64,000 bases of DNA from an uncultured candidate division Zixibacteria bacterium (GCA_963664195.1 OY760907.1:3552001-3616000); one strand, 5' to 3'; shown: positions 1 to 8,243, counted from the first letter of the stretch. Numbers and translations are program-made. Notes: generated by a model not told the origin, from the letters alone.

Positions 1-432
1 TACGGCGACGGTCTCCCCGGCGCAATGACATTTCTTGACATGAACCTGCCGTCACGAAGCAACGATTGGAGCCTGCCGGGGATCGGTTCGGGTAGGGCGT
101 TTGATCAGCCTCCGTTGCTAAGACTGAAGCGAATCAAGTATCCGTTGAAAGGGATCTATGTCGATGGTAAAGTAGTGCTCATTGTTTGTGCCGATAGCAC
201 GGGTTTCATTAGAGACTGTGAGGTCGTATATGAGGAACCCTGGGGCTGTGATTTCGCCCGGGCATTGAAGGACGCACTGTACGCAAGTACCTTCTCTCCC
301 CCGGTAATAGACGGTGAGAAAGTACCATATCGGTTCGAGATGACCTACGAGTTCTGTTGGCAGTGCCCGAGGCCCTCCGAGATTGCAGTAGTCTCGGGAA
401 ACTTGATTCTCCGCGGACCGAATACCAGGTAA
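1..432 (+). CDS. TonB C-terminal-domain protein, paralog 1 (5' truncated by window edge)
   Basis: Frame +1 open from base 1. YP..G.V..IV..D..G.I....V..E.P.G..FA.A...AL....F.PP..DGEKVP pattern of TonB_C. Paralogous to the next two genes. Confidence 0.75.
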   Translation, partial: YGDGLPGAMTFLDMNLPSRSNDWSLPGIGSGRAFDQPPLLRLKRIKYPLKGIYVDGKVVLIVCADSTGFIRDCEVVYEEPWGCDFARALKDALYASTFSPPVIDGEKVPYRFEMTYEFCWQCPRPSEIAVVSGNLILRGPNTR

Positions 433-455
433 TTGCGTTGTTGGGGGTAGGCAAG

Positions 456-1376
456 ATGACCAGACTCGATTACAAAACCTGTTCCACGCTCTGTTTTCTG
501 CACGAGCACAAGCGGGCCTATCAGCCGAATCTGCTAAGAGCGATCCTGCTGATCTCAATCGCGTCTACGATCGCTGCTATCGGTATCCGACTACTGGTGC
601 AGGCGCCGGAGATCATCGAGAACGCCGACGCTGAGCAACAAGCCGACGGGTTGGAGTTCGGTGCTGCAGATCAATCGGGGGCCGACACCAAATCGACGGG
701 TGGATATGTTGATTTCCTCCCGCCGGCGTATCGCGACCACGAAGGATTCGCCGGGTTCGAAGGCTATATGGTTCTGCCTGAATCGCATCCAACCGCAGAA
801 CTATCAACATTCGACCCCACCGAATACACGAGTATCAGCCCGGATGTAGACTTTGCCGCAGTGCGTATCGGGTCGACAGACGCCACGCTTCCACTCTACG
901 GCACGGGCGATGACTGCGGCGACGGTCTCCCCGGAGCCATGACATTTCTTGACATGAACCTGCCGAAACGCCACGGAGAACACTGGCGTTTCCCCGGCAT
1001 CGCAAACGGGACCCCGACCGGTGATGGCCGACACGCACCTATCCTGCAATTTGCCAATGTGCGGTATCCTCAAAAGGGCAAGTTCATTGACGGTCGCGTG
1101 ATGATGATTGTCGACGCTGACCGGGCCGGTCGACTAAAAGACATTGAAGTGATCTCCGAGGAACCGTCCGGACACGACTTCGCCGAAGCCGTCAAGGATG
1201 CCCTGGATCGAAGTCTGTACTGGCCGCCCGTGGTAGACGGTGAGAAGGTTCCGTACCGGTTTCAGCTGACCTACGATTTCTGTTGGGCCTGTCGACGTCA
1301 GTCAACAGTCGAGGTTGTTTCGGGCGACATGATCGTGGCCGGGCCTGTCAGGACGTCGTTTCAGACCGAAAGGTGA
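456..1376 (+). CDS. TonB C-terminal-domain membrane protein, paralog 2
   Basis: ATG456 aligns with the start of paralog 3 (LHE.K.AYQPN.LRAI). Single N-terminal TM helix, TonB_C domain, C-terminal CWAC. Confidence 0.75.
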   Translation: MTRLDYKTCSTLCFLHEHKRAYQPNLLRAILLISIASTIAAIGIRLLVQAPEIIENADAEQQADGLEFGAADQSGADTKSTGGYVDFLPPAYRDHEGFAGFEGYMVLPESHPTAELSTFDPTEYTSISPDVDFAAVRIGSTDATLPLYGTGDDCGDGLPGAMTFLDMNLPKRHGEHWRFPGIANGTPTGDGRHAPILQFANVRYPQKGKFIDGRVMMIVDADRAGRLKDIEVISEEPSGHDFAEAVKDALDRSLYWPPVVDGEKVPYRFQLTYDFCWACRRQSTVEVVSGDMIVAGPVRTSFQTER

Positions 1377-1382
1377 ACGACA

Positions 1383-2264
1383 ATGAACGGAACCGAATAC
1401 GCTCCGTGTTCGTGCATCCGCCTTCTCCACGAGCAGAAGAAGGCGTACCAGCCCAATATGCTGAGGGCAATCGCGCTCACAGCTGTTGCGTGTGCGCTCT
1501 TTGCTTTCTGCCTTATGTACTTCACGTCTCCAAACCAGTCTGACATCTTGCAGATGACCGATGCACCAAGCGGAGAACACGGCACCGGAACAACCGCTGC
1601 CAAGGCCAGAGCGGTCGGGCTTGATTTCCGCCCGCCTGAGTATCACGAGCACGAAGGGTTTGCCGGGTTCAGGGGATACAGACTTGTTCCGGCATCGGTA
1701 ACAATACCGCCCGAAACATCCCCGATACCTGTTGAGTACACTCGGGCCAACCCCGACCTCGATTTCGTAGCCACCCGATTCGGCACCATGGACACAACCC
1801 TTCCCCTCTACGGTACGGGCGATGACTACGGCGACGGTCTCCCCGGTGCTCCGTCGTTTCTTGATATGAACCTGCCACCGTCGCATAGTACCGACTGGTC
1901 GTCACCTGGTATCACTTCCGGAAGAGTGAAGCCGTGGAGGTCGGACCGACCGCCGGTGTTTCGGTTTGCAGGGGTAAGCGTTGGGCGAAATTTCCAGGAA
2001 GGAACTGTAGTGATGATTGTCGAGGCCGACAGATACGGCTGGATCGTGAACACCAAAGTCATTTCCGAAGAACCCAAAGGACACGGTCTTGCCAGGGCTC
2101 TCAGCTCCGCCATTTGTAACAGCACCTACTTCCCTCCGATCGTTAACGGCGAGAAGGCTCCTTACAAATTCCAACTCACTTTTCGTTTCTGTCGTGACTG
2201 TCCTCGGAAGCCCACGTTTCGAGTGATATCCGGTGACCTGATCGCACGCATGGCGGAACCCTAA
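1383..2264 (+). CDS. TonB C-terminal-domain membrane protein, paralog 3
   Basis: AAGGTG SD. N-terminal TM, shared LPLYGTGDDYGDGLPG motif, TonB_C-like domain, CRDC. Confidence 0.75.
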   Translation: MNGTEYAPCSCIRLLHEQKKAYQPNMLRAIALTAVACALFAFCLMYFTSPNQSDILQMTDAPSGEHGTGTTAAKARAVGLDFRPPEYHEHEGFAGFRGYRLVPASVTIPPETSPIPVEYTRANPDLDFVATRFGTMDTTLPLYGTGDDYGDGLPGAPSFLDMNLPPSHSTDWSSPGITSGRVKPWRSDRPPVFRFAGVSVGRNFQEGTVVMIVEADRYGWIVNTKVISEEPKGHGLARALSSAICNSTYFPPIVNGEKAPYKFQLTFRFCRDCPRKPTFRVISGDLIARMAEP

Positions 2265-2308
2265 GCCTCCTTCTTAGCCGCATATGAATAGGTCAGGTTC
2301 GCGAAGCG

Positions 2309-2398
2309 ATTCGTAACAAAACCAGCCAAATTCGTAACAATTACCGCTGAATTCGTAGCTCTAGCCCTCAATTCGTAGTATTTCGCCCACTATTCGTA
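2309..2398. repeat. Five ATTCGTA direct repeats with 20-21 bp period
   Basis: ATTCGTA at 2309, 2330, 2351, 2371 and 2392, with unrelated spacers, in non-coding DNA. Confidence 0.9.
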
Positions 2399-2506
2399 AA
2401 CGCGGCTTTGTCGACCGATGTGGCGCTGTTGTAGGGCCGACGCATCGCAATCGTAAGTGCCACACAGTTGACAACTTAAACAACCATCTCCCCACGTGAC
2501 AGCTTT

Positions 2507-2522
2507 TGGCACACGACTTGTA
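2507..2522 (+). promoter_or_regulatory. Sigma-54-type -24/-12 promoter
   Basis: TGGCACACGACTTGTA vs consensus TGGCACGN4TTGCW, with an AT-rich stretch downstream. The -12 dinucleotide is GT rather than GC. Confidence 0.55.
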
Positions 2523-2532
2523 ATACTTCTTT

Positions 2533-2744
2533 GTGGCGCGTGTGGTGCTTATACTTTCCGCTCACACGCATGGTGAGAGCCTACCCGTTCCGAGGCCCGG
2601 CACGGCGGAGTGTCCGGGAAAAGTCCGTCGTCGCCGGACCTTGGATCGAGTGCAATTTCTGCCCGAGATAGGAGTGCCAATGAGTTGACGGACGAGGAAA
2701 TATGGCGTCCAAACTCATATGTCATGGACTCTGTAGGTTTTTTT
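2533..2744 (+). ncRNA. Candidate structured ncRNA (~210 nt), family unknown
   Basis: Consecutive hairpins at 2538-2569, 2589-2645 and 2680-2718, ending at T7 (2738-2744). No ORF. Confidence 0.4.
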
Positions 2745-2892
2745 ACTTGATATTCATGGATAAGGAGATTACGCTATGATAACGGGGAACTTCATGCGAG
2801 TTATTGCAGCATTTCAATAGGCACTACTGAATAATCGACCGCCACAAGTGGTATTATTAGTGAAGCAGGTAATACCACGATTGGAGGATTCT

Positions 2893-3162
2893 ATGCCTGA
2901 TCAAATCGTAATGCTGGCGCTGTTCCTCGTTTTCATGGGGGCTGGCGCGGCTCTCTCGCTCGTGGCCCGACACCATCGCACTGCCGAGTGCCCCGCGGGC
3001 ACTAAGATATGGTCGTTCAACACGCGACACTAGAAACCGATCTGGAAGACGAAGTCCTGGTTCACTCCAAAGGGATATCATCTCAATCTTGCTGCTTTGA
3101 TCCTCTTGGAGCTAGGGCTGGTGCTGTTTCTTGTCACGCTCTTTGTGTCCTGGCCAGCGTAG
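2893..3162 (+). pseudogene. Small two-TM membrane protein interrupted by an in-frame TAG at 3031-3033
   Basis: GGAGGA SD and ATG2893. After the TAG the frame continues KPIWKTKSWFTPKGYHLNLAALILLELGLVLFLVTLFVSWPA, which supplies a second TM helix. Confidence 0.6.
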
Positions 3163-3194
3163 GCGAATACCACATCAGATAATCGGAGGAACAA

Positions 3195-3443
3195 ATGGAA
3201 ACAAGAGAAAGACTCAGAGAACAGCGCAAGGCGAGTTGGCGATCCGGTTGGCCCATGGGGGTCGGTTTGGCCCTCGGGCTGATCCTTGAATTCCTGCCGC
3301 GTATCGCTGAAGGTGCCGAGACGGCATTTGTCCAGCATGCGTACTTCCTGATTGCGTTCGGACTCGGTGCAGTCTGCGCCCTGACCGGCGTGTGGCTGAC
3401 CGGTCACGAGATCAGAAAGTCGCGCCAGACCGACGCTGTGTGA
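3195..3443 (+). CDS. Hypothetical small two-TM membrane protein
   Basis: GGAGGA SD, two hydrophobic helices, 82 aa. Confidence 0.7.
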   Translation: METRERLREQRKASWRSGWPMGVGLALGLILEFLPRIAEGAETAFVQHAYFLIAFGLGAVCALTGVWLTGHEIRKSRQTDAV

Positions 3444-3626
3444 GCGACTCCTGTTCCTCCGGGATCTTCGCGCACGCACTTTCGTCCTTCAGTAGACTTA
3501 TCGGAGAGGAGCATTGACCTCCTTTCCGGTCGTCCCATTCCCATGTCGGGCAGCGCCGGACATTCGTTCGACGCACCTGGCTGTCATCTGCCGATTTCCA
3601 TCTAAGACACTTTTCCCATTTTTCCA

Positions 3627-3668
3627 TTGACAAAATAGTCAACACGGTCCTATATTTATAAATAGGAC
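3627..3668 (+). promoter_or_regulatory. Sigma-70-like promoter overlapped by a palindromic operator
   Basis: TTGACA-N18-TATATT (3627-3656) and GTCCTAT-N8-ATAGGAC (3647-3668). Confidence 0.45.
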
Positions 3669-3911
3669 GGTTGCTATCGCGCTGTCCGCACATAGGGATT
3701 TGATATGTGGTGGGGACAGCTTTTCTAAAACAGAACATCTTGAAATGAGTTACGTCAGACCGACAAAGGGAGACGTCGGTGGTGCGTCAAAGCCTGTAGT
3801 GGCATGTCGGTCGGAACTCCTGCAGCCACGACAGAACCAGCAGTAAGTCACGCCGAGCCCGTCGAGGTGTCCACGAGCGCCTTCCTAGCTAACTGGCGTC
3901 AAGAAGAAACG

Positions 3912-4094
3912 ATGCATATTTTGAAGGCCCACAATTTCGTTTCCCAAAGGACTGGTCCCACAGGGACGGACGGCATGGTGATAGTAGCAAGGTCCAGGAA
4001 CCTGCTGCTAGTTGTCCGCATCCCAGCCTCGGTTAGTCTCTCAACCCTTCTCGGGTTGAGCGGGCTGCTCGTCAACTTATTCAGCAAGCGATAA
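3912..4094 (+). CDS. Hypothetical small protein with hydrophobic C-terminus (start 3912 or 3975)
   Basis: Open frame followed by a hairpin at 4105-4141. Weak SD. Confidence 0.3.
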   Translation: MHILKAHNFVSQRTGPTGTDGMVIVARSRNLLLVVRIPASVSLSTLLGLSGLLVNLFSKR

Positions 4095-4361
4095 GGCACC
4101 GGCCCAAGCAGGCCCTGGGAGCATACGCAGGGCCTGTCTTGTTGCGCTGGGCAGACACAAACCTCTTCTGCGCTACGCAATAGCGTCCAACAACAAACAT
4201 GACCCCGAAAGTCGTGTCCCAATTTCGCTCACCAATGGCAAGTCAGAATGTGGGAGTCTCGCCACCCCGTAACATCGTCAATAAACGACATGATTGATTG
4301 ACGCGCAAGCCAGGTCGCGCTACTCAATGACCAGAGACGTCAGGAATGTCATCGCTACATA

Positions 4362-4401
4362 AGAAGAAACCCTCACCGTTCAACCGGTAAGGGTTTCTTC
4401 T
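4362..4401. terminator. Intrinsic terminator of tRNA-Ala (probably bidirectional)
   Basis: AGAAGAAACCCT..ACCG-loop-CGGT..AGGGTTTCTTCT inverted repeat. Confidence 0.75.
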
Positions 4402-4405
4402 AATT

Positions 4406-4481
4406 TGGTGGAGCCAGGGAGGATCGAACTCCCGACCTCTTGACTGCCAGTCAAGCGCTCTCCCAGCTGAGCTATGGCCCC
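4406..4481 (-). tRNA. tRNA-Ala (GGC)
   Basis: GGGGCCATAGCTCAGCTGGGAGAGCGCTTGACTGGCAGTCAAGAGGTCGGGAGTTCGATCCTCCCTGGCTCCACCA: 76 nt, G3:U70 pair, encoded CCA. Confidence 0.98.
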
Positions 4482-4494
4482 ATTTCGAGCACCA

Positions 4495-4523
4495 ATTATA
4501 ATCGGATTGATCTCCCGTGTCAA
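4495..4523 (-). promoter_or_regulatory. Consensus sigma-70 promoter of tRNA-Ala
   Basis: TTGACA-N17-TATAAT on the minus strand. The -35 box overlaps the MFS stop codon. Confidence 0.85.
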
Positions 4524-5938
4524 CCCATTTCCGTCGACTTATCGACCACCTGCCGATTGTTCCGAATCAGACAGAAAATCAATCCCATCGCTGCAAAACC
4601 GATGGCTCCGGTTATGACCGTGCGGTAACTCTCGACAAAAATCAGGTTGGCATCTCCCAGCGAGGCGTTCGCGGTTTGCAGATAGGCAAAATACGCCGTT
4701 GAAAGCGCCACTCCGACAGACATCCCAATATTCCGATTAGTGGCCAAAATCCCGGACGCAGTAGCCCGGCGCTCCTGACTCACTGATCCCATTAGGGCCG
4801 ATGAGTTCGGCGTACTGAACAATCCCACTCCCCCGCCCAGAACCACCAGGCAGGTGACAATGTACCAGGTCTCGCTGTCTACTGACAGGTCTGAAAGCAG
4901 CCAAAGCCCAGCCCCCATGATGACCATACCCGTACTCGTCAGGAGTCTGAAACCGATCTTGTCCGATAGCTTCCCCGACAATGGCGCGCCGATGAACATC
5001 ATGATAGGCAGAATGACCAGAAACAGCCCTACCCGCTGAGGCTCAAGATGCTTGATGTTCTCGAGGTAAAACGGAATCAAAATCAGCACTCCCGAAAGCC
5101 CGGCGAAATGCATCAGTTGCGCACCGAGCGAAGCGGAGAACGTGCGGTTTTTGAAAATGTCAAGCCCGATAAGCGACCGCTTCGGATTCATCTCAAGCCA
5201 GAAATACAGACTCAGGAATACCACCGAAACAACTGCAACTCCCCAGACGCGAACATCGGACAACGCGTAATCGTCTATCAGCGACAAGCTGAACACGCAG
5301 CTCACCAGTCCGGTCGACAGACAGACCGCAGCAGGCAGGTGTATGGGGCGGGGTTCTTTCGGGGGCGTAAGCATCTTGAAATACCGCCCGGTCATATACA
5401 GACCAAACAACGCCACCGGAATGTTGATCAGAAAAATGGCATGCCAGGAAGCAAAACCGAGGATGTATCCCCCCAGCGGAGGTCCCGTCATAAACCCGGC
5501 CGATACAATCATCACCATTAATCCAATACCTTTTCCGCGCTCTTCCGGTGGAAACACAGTGGTAATCATGCCCGGCCCCACTGAAGCGAACATAGCTGTG
5601 CCCATCGCCTGAAACACTCTGGACGCGATCAGCATGTAAATGTGGTCGCTCATGGCACAGGCTATCGACCCGAGCAAGAAGAACACAAATCCAAACTTGT
5701 ACGAAAAACTGTATCCTCGACGCTCAGTCCAGGCGCCGAACAATATCAACAGGGAAATCATTGTCAGTGAATACGCCAGCACCACCCAGGCCACAAGGTT
5801 GACAGGCGCTTGCAGATCGGTCGCAATTGAAGGTAGCGCGACGTTTAGAATAGACCCGTCCAGCGTAGCCATGAAGGTCCCGATGGCTCCAACAGTGAAG
5901 AATTTGTACTTATTCTTGTGAATCAGACTTGAATCCAT
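4520..5938 (-). CDS. MFS drug:H+ antiporter (DHA2/EmrB-QacA type)
   Basis: About 14 TM helices, FMATLDGSILNVALPSI motif D1, GKLSDKIG motif A. Confidence 0.92.
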   Translation of the reverse strand: MDSSLIHKNKYKFFTVGAIGTFMATLDGSILNVALPSIATDLQAPVNLVAWVVLAYSLTMISLLILFGAWTERRGYSFSYKFGFVFFLLGSIACAMSDHIYMLIASRVFQAMGTAMFASVGPGMITTVFPPEERGKGIGLMVMIVSAGFMTGPPLGGYILGFASWHAIFLINIPVALFGLYMTGRYFKMLTPPKEPRPIHLPAAVCLSTGLVSCVFSLSLIDDYALSDVRVWGVAVVSVVFLSLYFWLEMNPKRSLIGLDIFKNRTFSASLGAQLMHFAGLSGVLILIPFYLENIKHLEPQRVGLFLVILPIMMFIGAPLSGKLSDKIGFRLLTSTGMVIMGAGLWLLSDLSVDSETWYIVTCLVVLGGGVGLFSTPNSSALMGSVSQERRATASGILATNRNIGMSVGVALSTAYFAYLQTANASLGDANLIFVESYRTVITGAIGFAAMGLIFCLIRNNRQVVDKSTEMG

Positions 5939-5975
5939 TGGCCGCCATTACGCTAAGTCGTTGCCCAAAAAAAGA

Positions 5976-6004
5976 TTGACAAGATACAGACATAACCATA
6001 ACCT
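5976..6004 (+). promoter_or_regulatory. Sigma-70-like promoter upstream of the ECF sigma operon
   Basis: TTGACA-N17-TAACCT. Confidence 0.5.
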
Positions 6005-6087
6005 TTAGGCAAATGTCCGTCAACAGGTTTCTGAAGTTTTGACAAACCGGCCCCTTGTCCGTCTTTATTCCGTATGAGCATTAGGGT

Positions 6088-6663
6088 ATGACACAAAATA
6101 TACCCGAGTTGGTCAGGGATTTTGCTCAGGGTGACGATTCGGCCTTTGCCGAGTTGGTCTCACGCTACGAAAAGCGGATATATTACCTCGCCTTTCAGAT
6201 GCTGGGAAATCACCTTGATGCCGATGAAGTAGTACAAGAGAGCTTTGTCCGCGTTTACAAGAAACGAAAGGGACTGACAAATGTAACGAATTTCACCTCG
6301 TTTTTGATTCGGATAGCCACCAACTACTCCATTGATCTGCTGCGCAAGCACCGCGGTCACAGTCAGATTGCTGACGATTCCTCAGCCCTTCCGGGAGAAG
6401 TTCAGGTAGAGTTATCGCGGAAGGTTACGACCCCGGATGATCATTTCAGGAACAAGGTGTTGATGGAGGAGATTCACAAAGCGTTGGGCACGTTGCCACC
6501 TCGACAGAAGATTACAGCTTTACTTCATGACGTCGAAGGATACACCAAAGCGGAGATATCCGATATTCTCGAATGTCCCGAGGCGACGGTCCGCTCGAAT
6601 CTCCATATAGCCCGAAAAAAGCTGAAAAAGATTCTGAAGAAGCGACTCGACAAGAAGGAGTAA
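6088..6663 (+). CDS. ECF RNA polymerase sigma-70 factor
   Basis: Region 2 DADEVVQESF...RIATNYSIDLLRK and region 4 LPPRQ...EISDILECPEATVRSNLHIARKKL. Confidence 0.95.
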   Translation: MTQNIPELVRDFAQGDDSAFAELVSRYEKRIYYLAFQMLGNHLDADEVVQESFVRVYKKRKGLTNVTNFTSFLIRIATNYSIDLLRKHRGHSQIADDSSALPGEVQVELSRKVTTPDDHFRNKVLMEEIHKALGTLPPRQKITALLHDVEGYTKAEISDILECPEATVRSNLHIARKKLKKILKKRLDKKE

Positions 6664-6665
6664 GA

Positions 6666-7229
6666 ATGACATGCCGTCAGGCTCAAGCGCTCCTGGAGGA
6701 CTTCGTTGACCACGAGCTGAACGGTTCGGACTCACAGCAACTCAAGGATCATCTCGATATCTGCGAGGACTGCCGCAAAGAGTACGAATCCTCAGTCAGG
6801 CTCAAAGAACTCCTATCCAACGGAGCCGGCCGGGATCCCGGCGACGATTATTTCACGGAAGTGCACAGCCTTATTATGGCTCGTACGGTGGAGTCATCGT
6901 CGTATTCAGGGGGCTACCCGGCTATCGCCGACCACGATGCCTCGGTGCGATCGCCGTTTGTACGGTCGTTGCTAATGGCAGCCGCGTCCATCTGTTTGTT
7001 CTTCATTTCCTTGTTGATCGGCTCCAATCGTGAGCTGGTCTTCTCGGAAGCACCGGACAGCTTTGACCAGCAGGGTACGATTACCCTGGTGACCATGGCG
7101 CAGTCAGAAACCGATACTCCCATGACAAATGCCGAGATCCTGCGAGTGAGCCACGGTGTGCTCTTGCTCGGTCCGCCAGGAATGCTCGGGCGTGTCGATG
7201 GCATAACCGGTGCACTTGACCTCGAATAG
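6666..7229 (+). CDS. Zinc-finger (zf-HC2/ZAS) transmembrane anti-sigma factor
   Basis: MTC...HLDICEDC ZAS motif, one TM helix, AAGGAG SD, directly after the ECF sigma. Confidence 0.9.
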   Translation: MTCRQAQALLEDFVDHELNGSDSQQLKDHLDICEDCRKEYESSVRLKELLSNGAGRDPGDDYFTEVHSLIMARTVESSSYSGGYPAIADHDASVRSPFVRSLLMAAASICLFFISLLIGSNRELVFSEAPDSFDQQGTITLVTMAQSETDTPMTNAEILRVSHGVLLLGPPGMLGRVDGITGALDLE

Positions 7230-7262
7230 GTCAGCCTCGAAACAAGGAACTGGAGACAAGTT

Positions 7263-8150
7263 TTGATTAAATCTATAGTTGCGTTGGCCATGGTCGGCCT
7301 AATTGCTATGCTCATAACCTTCGGGTGCGATTCAGGCGAAAAGAAAGTCAGCCTGAAAATGAAATTCGTGCCCGACATGAAAGTGAGCTACAAGCAGATC
7401 ACCAAGGGGACACTGAAGCGGTATCGCGACGACAGTCTGACCCTGGATCGCTACAACGAAAACACGATGAATATCGACTGGCATGTCCGTCGAGTGCTCG
7501 AAGACTCTACCGCTGAGATACTGGAACAGAAGAGTATCAGGGTCTTCTCGAAGGATGAAACCGATTCAGTCGTTACGGACACGGTTCGCGAGATGACCGG
7601 CTACGTACTGTGGATGAAGCCAAACGGCAAGGTCATCGATCTCGATTTCACTTCGGATCGCTCCTCAGTCGATCTGGCCTATGTGCGAGATTACTTCGAA
7701 CAAGGCGCAGCCGTCTTTCCGAAGGGTGAGCACAGTCCCGGCTACAGTTGGACCCAGACTACGCGCGTGATCCTCCCCGATGGTCCTATTGAGGCATCAA
7801 CCACATACACAATTTCGTCGCTGGTTCGCGAGCGAGGCTACGACTGCGCCGTGATTGAGTACGAGGGAAACCTCATCCTCCCCATCCAGCCCTACCAGTA
7901 CCCTGGCATGGAGGGCGTTCGCGCCTTTGAACAGATTAGCGGTCTGGATAAGATCGAGACCTCGGGCAACCTCTATTTCGCCTACAAAGAAGGAATGGTC
8001 GTGCTCCAGCGGGAGAAGTGGAAGCTCGACGGTGACCGTTGTCAGGTCTATAAGGAGACAAAAGAACAACCGACAGACACGGTCAATCTGAAGATCAAAA
8101 TCGAGTACGACGTTGACTATTCGCTGCTGAAGCTCGACTACGGCAAATAG
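7263..8150 (+). CDS. Hypothetical lipoprotein
   Basis: GGAG SD and TTG start, lipobox TFGC, beta-rich. Confidence 0.8.
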   Translation: MIKSIVALAMVGLIAMLITFGCDSGEKKVSLKMKFVPDMKVSYKQITKGTLKRYRDDSLTLDRYNENTMNIDWHVRRVLEDSTAEILEQKSIRVFSKDETDSVVTDTVREMTGYVLWMKPNGKVIDLDFTSDRSSVDLAYVRDYFEQGAAVFPKGEHSPGYSWTQTTRVILPDGPIEASTTYTISSLVRERGYDCAVIEYEGNLILPIQPYQYPGMEGVRAFEQISGLDKIETSGNLYFAYKEGMVVLQREKWKLDGDRCQVYKETKEQPTDTVNLKIKIEYDVDYSLLKLDYGK

Positions 8151-8170
8151 CACAGATTCAACACGGATTG

Positions 8171-8203
8171 AGCGGTCTCTCCTTTTCGGGGAGGCCGTTT
8201 TTT
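8171..8203 (+). terminator. Intrinsic terminator
   Basis: AGCGGTCTCTCC-TTTTC-GGGGAGGCCGTT followed by a T run. Confidence 0.8.
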
Positions 8204-8243
8204 CATATCTTCGCTTCTGTTGCAGCCAAACCAAGGAGGACGG

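Noticed and set aside
1..2264. Diversity-generating retroelement explaining the repeated TonB segments
   Set aside because: No reverse transcriptase in the window, differences are not adenine-specific, and all copies are full coding paralogs.
2309..2398. Repeat-spacer pattern as a CRISPR array
   Set aside because: Repeats are 7 bp and spacers 13-14 bp, far below CRISPR sizes, and there are no cas genes.
2776..3162. Genome-wide TAG recoding (pyrrolysine or Gln)
   Set aside because: TAG ends conserved genes at their expected C-termini (deoC, mlaD, M28 peptidase, pckA).
3750..3840. c-di-GMP-I riboswitch call
   Set aside because: Only CAAAGC and a two-hairpin layout match. The GGCAAAC and GNRA-tetraloop elements are absent, so it was kept only as a generic structured leader.
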